Assembly: GCA_907165135.1 (NCBI GenBank)
Contig: OU015567.1
Span: 9,486,001 to 9,550,000, forward strand
DNA from: Oikopleura dioica
Taxonomy: Eukaryota > Animalia > Chordata
Direction: 5' to 3'
DNA length: 64,000 nucleotides
Position numbers and translations under genes: made by a program. Position 1 is the stretch's first letter; the number at the start of each line of letters is the position of its first letter. Positions 35,329 through 48,975 of this stretch are shown piece by piece. The notes beneath the pieces were generated by a model. The model saw only the letters and a program-made list of their open reading frames with translations. It had not been told where the DNA came from and searched no databases.

Positions 35329-38300
35329 ACAACTCGCCACTAGTTGCGCATTCTGTAAATCCGGGATAGCCGATGCTTCATACTGGCGCACCATGGAATT
35401 TATCGACTGCGAGTAATGATCTGGACAGCTGAGAAAGAATCTATATCTACGAGCGAGTCGTCAATTTGCACCATCGCCTCGTCAGATCTGAGCAGCGGAA
35501 ACAATGATTTTTAACTATTTAGGTGGAGATTGAGCTTTAAATAAATGATCATAAAAATGTATTTTATTATCATTTCGGGAACATTTTTGACAGTATTTTT
35601 TAAATAATGAATAGTAAGAGTAGACAGTATGAAGACACTTTCTTAAAGGATTTCACGCACCTTGAACATCACCCACTAATTCAAGCTAATAAGAGCTCGT
35701 AAATAATTATTAAATGTTCAGAATTTTGTTCCCACGCAATTATCATAATCTTGGATATCACACGCGAGGAAATGATAATTCAGCAATCGTTACAAGTTCA
35801 CATCAACAGTGATGTCCCGAAAAAGTGAGAAACGACCTCGCAGATGCACGCGGAACCATAATTTTGTCTTTGAACCGAATAATGATTCGATAGGGAGAAA
35901 TAGCAATGTAAAATTTGATGGTTTTCAATATTACAGATGACGATTCGGGCAAATGACGACAACTCATTTCTAATTGCTGATTAACATTATGTGAAACTAC
36001 AAAATTATCATTCAGTGTGAAATTATACGATCATTGTTAACTGCAGATTGTGTCATCTGCAGATAACACACAGTCTGTATTAATAATAATAAAATTAAGC
36101 TCTTGAATTTTTTTCGAAGCAAAAAAAAATTTAGTAAAAAAATACATTAAAACTTGAAGTCTAAAAGTTGAAGACAATTTTGAAGTCCAAATTATCGCTC
36201 ATCTTTCAGTCAAAATTTATCTCACCCAGCTTTCGGTAGCACGGCTAATTACGAGTATAAGCGACGGATGTCATTGTCGACCCTTGTGTGTGGCTGTGAC
36301 GTTTTTGATGATCTTACTATCTGTGCATAATTCGGCGCTGAGGTTACGAGTTTGCTGCCGAAACAACCCGTCTTCAGAAAACAACTAACGCTTTTACGCG
36401 CTATCTGTTACGTCGCGGGGGAAATAAACTCAGCAAGAAGCAGAAAAGAGAGCTGACGAGTATAATAACGACGCGTGATTATCCTTGGCAATTGTACATA
36501 GCTCAGAATCGAAAAAAGAGATAAGAAAATGACGAGTATATGAAGACACTAGAGATTGTAATAAGAAAATGAAGGCTCCCAAGAGAAGTTCACAGGTAAG
36601 AAAAATCTTTCATTTTGCTAATGCCCAAAGTGATTTGCTTCTCGTTGAATAGTGAAGTTTTTATATAGCTACGGATTTTCGCGGGAAATCACAAATACGG
36701 TTAGTTAGATAAGGTAACCCTTGAAAATTAGTTATCTGCATCAGTTATCTGTGAAATTTTTTTAGTTTTTTCTCTCCCGTGGAATTTTGATCTCTAAGAA
36801 TTGAATTCACTTTCAAATTTGGTCGCTCCATTTACAACTATGTTGATCCAAGTAAGCAGCATCAAAACCGTTTTTGTCTCGCGCTGACTTCCGAAAATCG
36901 ACCATAAACCAATTAACCGCAAAATGATGATTTTATTGCTTTGTGATTATCGCTTTTATTAAACTTCCCGGAAAAAATAGCGGCCATATCAAATTTTGAT
37001 AAAGAAAGTTTACTCGGAGCGTGCTGACAGAATGTAAAAAAAGCAGTCGTCTTCCTTGATTTCACGCGCTATTGCGCGCTCAGAATACGTCAAAGAAGAA
37101 AATATTTTAAATGCTTTCGAAAAAAATATAAATCCTCGCTTACGACTTTCAAAACCAAAAGAAGACCGGGCGACAAAGTGATCCGCTTGATTTTTTTATT
37201 ATCCGCGTTTAAATCCTTAGTAATTATTATGAGTTTGTCATCTCCGCTGAGGGAAACAGCTTTGAAACTTAAAAAGCGGCCAATCCTACTAAATCCAGCT
37301 CATCGAAAGCAAGATTATGGAGGATAGAAAGTAATAAAAAACAAGAATTTATGATTTTCAAATTAGTGTCGAACGAATCAAATCTGAATCAAACTCTAGT
37401 AGCTAGACTTTAGCTTTTTTGGTGGGAGTCACGAGGCATTAATAAGTTTGATTGAAAAGGCAATTTTAACAAACTCTAAGAAAATTAATGGAAACAATAA
37501 AATCGAGTCGACGACGTTATACCGCATCTTACACCGCATTATGACGGTATTACGATTGCTTCTACCATAACTGGCATGCTCACATTTGAGTTTATCGTAA
37601 AATTATCTTCATGATTTCCGACCTCCTTCTTCCTCACCATAGGAAAATCGTTCAATCATAGAGGCTATCAAATATTGAAAAAGAGTAGCATATGAATGGA
37701 CAAGTTAGAGTGCGTCGAAGGATGATTGATGTCTGATTGATGAGCATAGTTATCATCGGTTGGACTGAAAGGGAAGCATTAGGGGTTCGTAAAAACTCAA
37801 GGCTTTCTCATGAATTTATGGAGATTCTAAAAAACAAGACAGGCTTCAGCATGGAATTTTCTAGTGCTCATAAGACAAATTATTTAAGGGATATCTTTCG
37901 ACTCCACAAAAGCGCAAACTGACAAATTCTTGAGAGTGGCCAATTTTCGGATAAAATTTGCATTTACCTTGAAAACCATTAGCTGCCTGGTGCGCGCAGC
38001 CGGTGCGCTATCAATACGCCGCGTGGTTAGCTCTGAGCCTCTAGAAAAAATACAGAAGGAACTATCTTGATAAGCAAAGTGTGCGCTTTAAATTATTGAC
38101 TCGCAGAATTCGATAGCCCTTCATGTTATTGCAGCAGGAGAATAAAATAAACGAAGGAGAGCTTTAATTTTCAAGCCTTCTGAAAAAAAAACGAGTCAGG
38201 TGAGTTCACGAAAATTAAGAAAATAAATTCTGACAGCCTTTTAGAACCTCTTTTTGATAAAATATTATTTAAAATGACGGTTAAATAGACGGTGTCTATT

Positions 38301-40249
38301 TGAGTATTTCGTTGGGACTCTAAATGGAGTTTGTCTTTTTGAGCTACAGTATTTCAACTACAGTCTAGATTTTTTAAAAAAGATTTTAAAGGAAAAATTT
38401 GTGAAAAAGTACTTCGGACATGGTTTTTCGAAGTTGTTCCGAAGCTCATGTTTGCGGATGGGGCGGCTCGGCTTGGGATTTGGCAGAAGGCTGGCGCCAA
38501 TCTAATCTCGAACTGCTACTACAACTTGTAATCACTATCGCCAGCCGTTAATAAACACAACTCTACACGTGCCGTCCTATTCTAAGCCCAATTATATCGC
38601 GATCGCTCATTTTAAGAGCTCATATCGCCACCGAATTACACATTTCGTAGATAAACTAACATTACCATAATCATAAAAATCGCGTCAGAGAAACTTCTTC
38701 AGTAATATTTCAGAGTTATTTCCACAATTTTCTACAGCTATATTCTAGCAAGTCATCGCAAATATACTGTTATAATAACAACTAATTATAACTCGTAGCG
38801 GCGCATGATTTGCATTATTAGCGCAAGTCGCGAATCGAGCGCTTTTTAGACTAAGCAAGCTCTCTTCAACAATACAGGAAGTGAAGCCGCGAATTCAGAG
38901 ATCTTTAAGAGGGCAATTCATCTCCGCCCTTTCTAATTTGAGGTTATGCTCGGGAGCAACGCATGAAAAGTGCTCTTTTGAGGCACTTTGGTTTCGGTTT
39001 GCTTCAGCGGTGTCTTTTAAAGTCGAGACCTTTTCAAGCACGCGTTATTCCGTTCTTTAGTTGAAAAATTCAGCGGCCGGACAGGCTGTGTTCCCTTTCG
39101 ATTCTTTCGTAATGAGATCGAATTTCCTTAATCGTTTGCTAAAACAAACTCGCTGGACGGCAAGTTCCGTTTTAGTCTGTTCAATCTGAATCATCTAAAA
39201 AATTCGCTGAGAGATGAAAATCACCGTCAACTCGTCCGGGTCATGTTCCGGCGATCGTGTTTGCGGCTAGCCGCAGTAAACGAGGATTTGTAATTGTCGG
39301 CGCTGGGTTCTTGGTTTTCAGGTTCAAACCATGCTGAGAAAATCTGCCGCGTAAGGGAGTCTTGAGCAGTTTCCGAAGGAGATTTGTAACCCGTATGCGC
39401 ATATTGGACGATTTTATCAAACTTGCTTATGTCAAAAAGCCGCTTGAAATTGAAGAATAGAATGACAAAAAAGTGTACTTTTTAGTCAATACTGTTTTTT
39501 ATATGTGAAAACTTCACTTTTCGGAGGACTAACTACTGTATTTAGATTGAGTTTTTGCTAAAAATCATTTGTTATAACAATAATCCTTGGGACAGCCCAT
39601 GATCCAGTTTCTTTCTTCAGACAAATCGGCATTTGTATCATTCAGATTATGCAAAAAAAAACAAAAAAAAGCTCGCCTTCCAAAAAAGCTGACGACGATT
39701 GAAAGCGTTGACCTTTGGGTGCGGCCCTTTGAATCCGATGCAAAAAATCCCTTCTTTTTCTTTTTGAAGCCGCGAGAAATATAATAAGAGAAGACATTGG
39801 AAACAAAATTTTCGTTATTTATTTTCGCTATTTTCTGACTTCTGACCATGCGTGAGGAATGGACTCCATTGTCCTCCGACAAGACATGTAAGTGACCGAA
39901 TAAGTCGAAGTTCTGCCTTTTTGTTTCTTCACTTCAAATAAGATTCTACGCCCCTCTAAAGAAGAAATAAAATAAGGGTGTCACTATGTTAATATCAGCG
40001 AAATGAACACAATAAATAAATTCTTAGAGGCCTTAATTTTATTGTTTGATACTTTTTGCGAAGGACTTCTGGGAATACGTCGTAGGTCGTAATATTTGGT
40101 TTTGACAATAAAATCAGAACCGCTTATAACCATCAATAGCGCGTAGACATATTTCAATGTCGCTCATAAAAATTTTATGCTTATGACAATTGCGCTTTCA
40201 GCCATTCTTGAGTGACCTTTTTGAATAAAATGAAAATTTTTATCAAAAA

Positions 40250-41038
40250 ACAGCGCATCCGAAATTCTTCAATATCAAAAATTGACAATTAACAATGCAG
40301 ATTGATTTAACAGTATTGAAGAACCGAGGCATCCTGAGAATGACCGGTCTTGTATTGTGTTTTGGATAAATAAGTATTACGTCAGTTGCAACATGCGTAA
40401 AGATTGACTCGATTCCGTGGTCCCGCAACGAGCGTGATGGAATGTAAGAACGAGAGTGCCTAGGGCGGCGGTAGCTTGGCAGCAATTCAGTTTGCCAGCG
40501 ACCTTTAACCGTCCCGCGGCGTTGCTGATTTAAAAAATGCACTTCTAATTGAAATCAATTAACCCTGCATTCATTGCATAAATTATTAATGGGTTGTACC
40601 TCCGTGTTGTTTTCTATGTCAAAATAACCCTTCAACCATGCGTGATTTCCAGAAACACTGCAATCTTATTTGTTGAATAGTTTCATCAAAGAATAAAGCC
40701 TTGAAAGTGGCTTTTAAGATTGGTGATAGTCGTACGGTAAGACTGCGTCAGTAATCTCAAGCGGAACACCCTTAAATTACCAACGCCCTTCTCAACTAAG
40801 GGCATCACTTTCCGAGGTGGCGGGATTTCAATCACTCCGTTTTCATCCGAAATGCTGATATTTTCTTAAACACGTGATCGCTCCTGACCTCAAACTTTGA
40901 AATACTATCTTCTTTCAGCAGCTGATAGTTGCCAAAATAAACCAACCGATCGTAAATGGATCCATCGTAGAAGCTCATCTTATTGCTCTTTGAATAATTT
41001 CCAATAAGATGAGCCGCACATTTATGAGTGGATTCCAT
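40250..41038 (-). CDS. Possible spliced orphan gene or pseudogene (MESTHKCAAHLIGNYSKSNKMSFYDGSIYDRLVYFGNYQLLKEDSISN|ISDENGVIEIPPPRKVMPLVEKGVG...)
   Basis: Coding-like blocks; a 41-nt GT-AG intron joins the first two in frame. Downstream junctions are unresolved. Confidence 0.3.
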
Positions 41039-42198
41039 GGTCGTTTAAAAGTGCCGACTAGCAGTTTTCGAGCAGTTATACTGTTACTGATTTGCAGGCT
41101 GGGATCCCGGGGCTATTAATCATATTACAGCATTCCAATTATATAAAAATGTCCGTTTTTTATTGTCAATTAACGACACTTTTTTAATAAAACAAAATAA
41201 AAAACAAGATCAAGTGCTAATAAACATTACAACTCGTAAATAGACTCAAAAGCCGCTCAAGATAATCGACAAATCCGGCATTTATATAACTTCAAATTAC
41301 CGTTATTATAATGGAGTTTGAACGCAAATGCTTCTCAGTTATAATTTCTAAAAATTCTTTAAAAGGTGGAAAATCTTGAACATTACAATTTAATAAGAAG
41401 AGACCTTTCATTAGTATACGCGCGCTGATATGTGGCCTTTTAAACAGATAAAAAAATGGGTATCTTATTTATTTAGAATCTAATTAATCGGTGAATATTG
41501 AAAAATATCTGAGCTTAGAAAAAAACTCATACAAAATTTTTTCATCAGAATTTTTTTACTGTCGCGCGAAAATTTTAATAGGATCTCATGCGTTTGATAT
41601 TGGTTTATGGTCAGAGTCGGACATCCTATTTCGCGATGCGAGCATTTTTATGACGGTCCCGCTTGAAATTTCCTTCACAAAAATTTTTTCCTGCATAGAA
41701 AAGGGTGTGATAAGTTGCTTTTGGTATTTTCGCGCTTATATTGAATTGAGATTTTTGGCAGATTCAGAGAAACAGTTCAGCGAAGGAAGTTACAGATCAA
41801 AAGGTTTGAACATTCCTTGCCCACTTGAAAATGCGTAAGAGAGAAATGCTCTAATAATAATAACGTGACTACAGAAAGACCCTGCGATAAGTAGGATTGT
41901 CAAAATCCACAAGATAAGGTGCTCGATTTATCTTACAACCGTTGCCCGCGCATTTTTTTTTTCAAAAGAAAACCTTATCACACATCCAAAGTCTCTTTTG
42001 TTGGATAATAACGGTGTATTCTTAACTCGTAATCGCGTTACTCGTAATGCCCGGTAAAAACGCCCGACCGCACGTTTTCCTCTCGTTGCTTACCAAAAAT
42101 TTACGAGCTCCTATTTTCTTAAGATCATCGATTTCTTATTCTATAAGGATAGACAAATTTCTGCGCGCCAGGGCTATCCTTTCAAAGATTTTTCTTAA

Positions 42199-42499
42199 GG
42201 ACCCCCCGTCAACAATTTCTTCAAAAATCGAAAATTTCAAACTAGCCGTATTTTGGCTTCTGATTGTGCCTGGAAAATAAATTTATCATAAGAACTTGTT
42301 AGGAGCACTTTTTGTTCGATAAAAATCTAAAATTTTAGCAAAATTGCGAGTTTTTCGTCATTTTTCGTCAAAAAGTGCAATTTTCAAACGCGATTTTGAG
42401 GGTTTTATAGTCGAGATAGACCCCCAAAAAATGCAGCCTCAAAATCGTTTTTGACTCGAAGAATCCATTTCCGGCGTCAAAATTGTTGACGGGGGGTCC
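42199..42499. mobile_element. Kolobok-type MITE (TTAA TSD, GG..CC termini), copy 1
   Basis: Perfect TIR GGACCCCCCGTCAACAATTT / AAATTGTTGACGGGGGGTCC flanked by TTAA on both sides. Confidence 0.85.
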
Positions 42500-42859
42500 T
42501 TAAAGGGAACATTCTATGGATAATGCAGATAGAATACAGGCGCAGTCTGAACGCTAAAACTATTCGCCCCCTTGATTACAGTCAAAAACAAAACAAAAAA
42601 ATTGAACTTTTCAATAAAAATATTTTAAGGAATCACGTGTCTTGAGGAGCCAACACGAGTCAAACTTCCTGCTTTGCTGTAAACTTGGTAAGTTTCAAAG
42701 TCCTTGCATTTCTTCAGGGCATCATCAGTAAAGCAGAGCAGTATCTAATTTACAATGTTTTTGTCTCAAAAATGATTTGGGAAAGAAAGTCCACAGTCAG
42801 CTGTATTCAATCTCTTCCTGTTTAATTCGGGCTAAATCAATTGTTAAAATGAATTTCAC

Positions 42860-43335
42860 ACTCGCTTATTCGGGACAGCGGCAAGTTCGATCAAAACGCG
42901 TGTCATGACTTGGAATCGAACATAGAGTCTAATATCTTCAAATTTGTTCGACACTTTTTTCTGGCTGATTATGCCATTTTGAGGGTTTTTTTTATGAACA
43001 ACTTTGTTTCTTTTTTTGAGGCAAACGCTGTATCGAAAATGAGAATGATTGAAGCTACCTAATCAAATTATTCTGAGCTGGGTGAAAATTGAGATTCTGG
43101 CGATTTTGAGTCCGGGCTTTATAAAACACAGGATATTTGTCTTGTTCAAGCTGCGGTCTACAGTCAGCCAAAAAAATCAACCAGCAAGAAGAACGAGTTC
43201 AACTCTTAATGGCACTTTCAAAACGTGGTTATATCTTAAGTCTACTTGCCTTCTCAAAATGCTCTTGAATTGGGCACTAGAATTACATCCTGCGGCATTT
43301 TTTGGCCTTCTAACTCACAAACTTAAATCTAAAAC
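42860..43335 (+). pseudogene. Possible pseudogene; exon-like pieces thread to ..MRMIEAT*SNYSELG|YLSCSSCGLQSAKKINQQEERVQLLMALSKR|ELHPAAFFGLLTHKLKSKT
   Basis: Two GT-AG introns of about 50 nt are phase-compatible, but there is one in-frame TAA and no recognisable family. Confidence 0.2.
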
Positions 43336-45530
43336 GGTGATAATATTTCTCGTTTCATGATTTGTTTTGCTTATAACATTTTTATTTTTTTTTTTAAATC
43401 TCTGAAAGAAGCGATAAGCGAAGGTTTTGGTCATCTTTGTCGTTGATTGGCATGAGTAGCCCCTTAGAGCTTGAAGAAACGCCTTATCAGTAAGATCATT
43501 TTTATGAAATTTCACAACAGTCTTTGGGTCGCAATGATAGAGATAATAGCTCCTGATTTTAAACCCACGTGCAAGGTTGCTTAATTGAGCAATTACGTGA
43601 GTGTCTGCATATGATATTCAACACCGCAAAATTACCTAATGCTCCCTTTTCCGAAGAATTAAAGCCATGCAATTTCGTAATTACTTGAGCAATTGCGGCC
43701 GCAAACGCTCTCAGAGCTGTCAAAGGGCGCATTCCAACTCCGGGTGCGGGGACCTATTAGAACCGGACAGAAATTTGCGCGCACAGGGGCAGAAAAAGTC
43801 AACCTTTTCTTGCCGTCATTATTTTATGACAGCACAGGTGACAAGATCCACGCATTGTCTTATACGGTTGATTTCGAAAATAAAATTCGCTAAGGTTAAA
43901 TTCTGTTAAAGCGCAAAATAACTGTATCTGCTTATTGTGGCGGAGTTGACGCGCTTTCGGAGGATGATAGAGATAAGAAAGGTTTGAGATGAATGTTTTA
44001 GGAAGGACCTATAGAGATGAATGAAAGAAGATAAGAAAATTTATTTATAAAATCTCGAGAATTTTTTTTTACTCTCTTCGGTGTGCTGATAATGCATTTA
44101 AATGTTTGTAGAAAAAGCATTTATTGCACAAATAGAAAATCTTCTAAACTTTCTCTCTTCTCGGTATTTTTGGTAATTTTCGGTGAACGCAAATTAATCT
44201 GTGTGCCCAAAAACAAGCATTGCCAGCGTTGCTTTTAAATAAATCGTAAATCTATGATACAAAAATATATAAAATTATAAATATAAGCCGCGTACGAAGA
44301 GCATATGTTTTTTTTTTCTTTGATAGAACTACTGGTGACCAACTACTTAAGGAATCGCATAAAACACGAAAAGGGTAGAGTGTTGACATATGCACGTTCT
44401 AAAAGGATGATTTGACGCGTGTAAAAACGATCATATTTTGAGCATGCTCGCGCAGCGATACATACATTTCTTTCGAAATTGACATAATAATTTATCATTA
44501 GCGCTTATCCATACTTGCTTGGCTGATTTTTGATTGTCACATGATGGTTCAAAATAAGTCTTGGAACCTCTGGCTTCGCAAAAATGTTAACCTTTTAGGC
44601 TGCCATTTTGTAGAGCAAAACCGTAGCCATGGCTTTTTATTTTCTCCTTCATATTTTGGAATCGTTCAGGTGCACAAAAATGACGTGATAAACAAATTTT
44701 GGAATTAGTTCAGATTTTCGAATAACCAGATTATTACCCAACTCATATTCTGATGGAGTATAAGGTGATCATCAGTGATTACTGAACTTTTCTTGGAAAT
44801 CTGTGTAGCTGGACTCAGCAACCTGAAGAAGGAAACATGTGTCTAGAGTTAAAAGCTTTCACTACGCCGCGTTAATACGTTAATACAAGAAAATAATTTT
44901 TGATGAAACGCTACGCGGCTTTTTATTAAGACTTTTTAAATCCTGAGTCAGATTTTCTAATCGAGGAGAATATTCCATACTGCTTTTTCTGAGAAGCATT
45001 TTTCCAAATATTTTTGGAATAAATGCCTCAGTCGTCCGCAGTCAGCGTTATTTTGCTGCTTGAAGTGCCTGGCTGCGGCATTTTTCCGATAATTAAAAAT
45101 GCTAAACGAGGCCACGTCATCATTTTATCCAAACAACGCACTAGACTTTCGCCGCATCGAGACTTGAAATGGCTTGTTGAATTTAGAGGTTAAGCCACTA
45201 TCTTCATATATGCTAAAAACAGAAGTCTTATTTTATTAAACATATTAAATTGAAAAAGAAGGTTCTAGCTCTACCTATCTTCGGCAAACTTGAAACTTTT
45301 GCTCGGCAATTATCAAGTCAATTCCGGAATTGATAGAGAGCCTCTAAACGTGGACGTTCATTATCTAATTAAAAACGCTCTACAAAATTGTGGTGACTTG
45401 AAATTGACGTCAATTTTCAATTTTTATTTATCTCTTTCTTGGATTATGACTCTAAAATACTTGATATTTGCAAACAAACTGTATTGAGCTAAAATAACTT
45501 AAAAATTTGCAGTTACTGTTACACCTTTAA

Positions 45531-45865
45531 GGACCCCCCACCTCAGCTTTTATCGGAAAATCAAATTTCGGAATTTTAAAATTATGACGTCGGAAATGGA
45601 TTCTACGGAACAAAAAACGATTTTGAGGCTACATTTTTGGGGGTCTATCTCGACTCCTTCACCCCCAAAATCGCATTTGAAAATTGGACTTTTCGCCGAA
45701 AATTGACGAATTTGCCCTAATTTGTCAATAATATTTATTTTTCTTGCTCAAAAACTCCTCTCACCAAGTTTTTGATGCAAGTTTTACCTGAGGAATCATT
45801 GAGAACCAAAAATATGGCATTTTTAAAAATTTTCATTTTTTAAAGGAAAAAGCTGACGGGGGTCC
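45531..45865. mobile_element. Kolobok-type MITE, copy 2, opposite orientation to copy 1
   Basis: TTAA-GGACCCCC...GGGGGTCC-TTAA; internal sequence is homologous to 42199-42499 in reverse complement. Confidence 0.85.
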
Positions 45866-46344
45866 TTAAGTCTATCTGGCTATCACGGACCGAGAGTTCA
45901 GAGCACTTTCAAACATCACGTTTTTGGGCAGCAAAATTTACCTGAAGGAAGTTATCACTAAATTTGCGCACCTGCCTCAGACAGGATGCGATTCATCAGT
46001 TCTAGCTCTTCCGTTTTGAAGACTTTGCATTTTGAATCAAGGTTTTTCATCTTAATATAAAAAATAACAAGTATATTTTCTATCTGAAACGATAGTTGAA
46101 ATACTTGGTAAGTTAAATCACAGGTCTTAGTCTTTATAATTGTCATTAAGGACTTTGGTAGAGCATATATTTTATCTTTATTTCTTATATAATTCAGAAA
46201 GAGCTTCAAACATGAAAAATTAACACTCTGAAAATCTCTTAATAGAATGATTAAAGAAAACGCTGTCGAGTTGTTTTTTAAATATCAGCTTAAAAACATC
46301 GAGCACCGAAATCGATGATTTTGAGGAATAGTAAATTCGTAAAA

Positions 46345-46685
46345 ATAGAAGAATTTTAATGGATTCGACGCATTTAACTTTTCAAATCGTGAGCAAAATG
46401 AGCGCTTAAATAAAACTTTCTCGTTCATTGGAGATCAATCGATGACTTCTTGTTGATTCTTAATCTTAACAAATAAAAGTTTGCCTATCTTCGTTTTAAA
46501 ATTTAATTATTATTAAAGATAGAAGAATTTTAATGGATTCGACGCATTTAACTTTTCAAATCGTGAGCAAAATGAGCGCTTAAATAAAACTTTCTCGTTC
46601 ATTGAGGATCAATCGATGACTTCTTGTTGATTCTTAATCTTAACAAATAAAAGTTTGCCTATCTTCGTTTTAAAATTTAATTATT
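46345..46685. repeat. Near-perfect tandem duplication, period 174 bp
   Basis: ATAGAAGAATTTTAATGGATTCG...TTTTAAAATTTAATTATT starts at 46345 and 46519; the copies differ at TTGGAGATC vs TTGAGGATC. Confidence 0.92.
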
Positions 46686-47129
46686 CCCAATCAAGTTTAT
46701 GTTCGTCATTTTCATTTAAATTCAACGCCGTGTATTTGTATCGAAAATTTACATCTATACAATGTATTGAAATTCGGAATGCGGAGCTTTGTCCGCTGGT
46801 GGTAGTCGTGCGCTGTGCCAAGCGCAATCGCAAATGAGCAGCGCGCGTTTGGTGGTGGTGCTGAACACCATCAAAATCGTGGGCGTTACGAGCATTCTAA
46901 CCAATCAGCGACGAATCAAAAAGGGGTCCTGCTGAACCAGGCGGTTATTCACTCGTGAGCCTGTTTTGAGAGTCAGAGCTGAAACAATGTGTCTAGGGCT
47001 CGTGTGGGGTTAAATCTTGCTCGGTTAGAAAAAGCACCAAGCAGACCCGCTCGACGAAAACGCGGCTCATTTATGAACCGCTTTGAGTCGATCTTTGTCC
47101 GCTAGTTCTTTACATTTCCGACAATTCCG

Positions 47130-47473
47130 CCGAACCTTTAAATAGCCACTTTGTACAGTTTTCTATTTTCCCGATCACTATTTTTTTATAAAACTTCAAA
47201 AAACGAGTTTATTTACCACAAGCAAAACACACACTTTCGCTTTTTTGTAAAATTTCTGCCGCTTTTATATTTTTGTACAGAAGCAAAAGAAGAAAAATCC
47301 ACCAAGAACAACAACTCTCACCTAAGAGAATCAAAAACTCACTCTAAAACAAAAACTAGAGAACAACTTTCGTCTGAAGAGAAGAAGGTTGACGAAGACA
47401 GTTTGAATTTTTCGATCAGCGATTAATGTTGATCGACTTTCAGCAGTTTCAAATCATTTATGAGACATAATTG
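47130..47473 (+). promoter_or_regulatory. Probable TATA promoter and non-coding first exon, likely of the ZP gene
   Basis: TTTAAATAG near 47137, an A/C-rich leader, a strong G|GTGAGT donor at 47474 and a TAG| acceptor at 48974 immediately before the ZP gene ATG. Confidence 0.45.
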
Positions 47474-48975
47474 GTGAGTCGAAAGTTTTAGTTGCATTTC
47501 AAAAAAGCAAGATTTTTGCAAGATGTTATGTTATTTTTGCTTTCAGTTTTTATTTATTTTATTTAAGTTATCTTTTATTACTATTTCTTATTTCATACTA
47601 TTAAATTCTTTCTTTTTATAAGAGACTTTCATTTGACCTCTAATATTATTTCTAGAAGTGAGTTAAATCATCAAAAATATTTTTTATTAGTTTATTTGAA
47701 TTTTCTAATTGATTTTTGATGCTTGTGGGACGTGTGAAAATGGATTGATGTTCTGATTTTGACCTAACTGTGTAGGTTTAAACTATTGGCACAGTGGATG
47801 AAGTTGATTTCACCCGCGGCCAAGGTGTATCTCTTGTCAACCTTTTTGTTGGTTACTCTTAGCACTAGCTCGTGCTGGTTGAGAAGGGGCGGCGCCACCT
47901 TTCGGAAGCAGTCCGACCGGTTTATCGCTGGACGGGCCGCTGGCCCTGGCAACACCCAGCGTGAATGCCTCGGCGCAACGCACCACCATGCATCGCAACA
48001 GTATTATGAAGGCGAGCGGGGATGGTGGTGGCAAAAAAGGGCGCGCGAGCGCCACCACACCACCACCATGCCGGTCCATGTACTCTGCCGAGGCCGAGCT
48101 TCTTATTAGGTTGAGAGCCAGTAGCGGATAGCGCAAAAATTTTTCCACCGCGCGTTTTTTCGATCCGCGCTACCGCTACTAAAAACCCGATACGAGAGAC
48201 ACAGTAGCAAAATTTATATAGAGAGTATCCATTCACACACAATCGCCCTCAGAACAGAAGTTTGATTTTCGAAGAATCCCTCTTTGAAGAACAGAACCGA
48301 AGAACTGAGAGAAAAACCGGAACATTAATTAATTTTTCGTTTGGAGTTTTCAAGGGAGTTATGAGGGCATGTGATGTAGCATGCCTTTTGTAATGCCCCA
48401 GCGTCATACAAAAGACCTTCGGCGCAAAAGGAAATTCCTGATACAGTTATGGGTTCACATTTTTTCATATAACAGGAGAAAACGTCACGAACCAGTTTTT
48501 TTTATCTTTACTAGAATATCATTTTTTCGATCTCAAAAGATCTCTTTTAAACCGAGGGCGCTCGTGTGCTGCGCGTGACTCTTCATGATTATGCTTTTCG
48601 ATTAAACGATAATAATTCTCTAATTTTATTCATTACTTTTTATTTATTTAAGATAAAATCTGAACCTTTGAAAGAAAAGTACCGTCAGTTATTGACGGTC
48701 CTCTCTGTACGAGTCAAACCGCGTAGGGTCCGTTATCAGGATTCTACCGCGGAAGACCTTAACAAAGAACGGCCAGGACAATGAGCGGCGACGGTTCAAA
48801 AATCGGAGCCATTCGATTAAACCAAAGGCCAATCAACGGTAATTTCACGTTTTTTATATTTTTGATGATTTAACTCATACGTTCTGTTATTTGTCGATAT
48901 AACGTTACAATTGAGCAAAACAGGCATTTATGAAGTCAAGATTTTTCATTTCAAAATTCTAAAATTTTGCGTAGA

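Noticed and set aside
39140-39882. Protein-like minus-strand blocks (RLFDISKFDKIVQYAHTGYK..., LQKEKEGIFCIG...)
   Set aside because: Could not be joined into a consistent spliced frame, and there is no recognisable homology.
47786-48109. 107-aa ORF with a signal-like hydrophobic stretch and dibasic sites
   Set aside because: Lies in a GC-rich island of the putative ZP-gene first intron with three overlapping ORFs on both strands, and has no TATA or TAGCGCCA module. Probably a by-product of low stop frequency, though Ribo-seq could rescue it.
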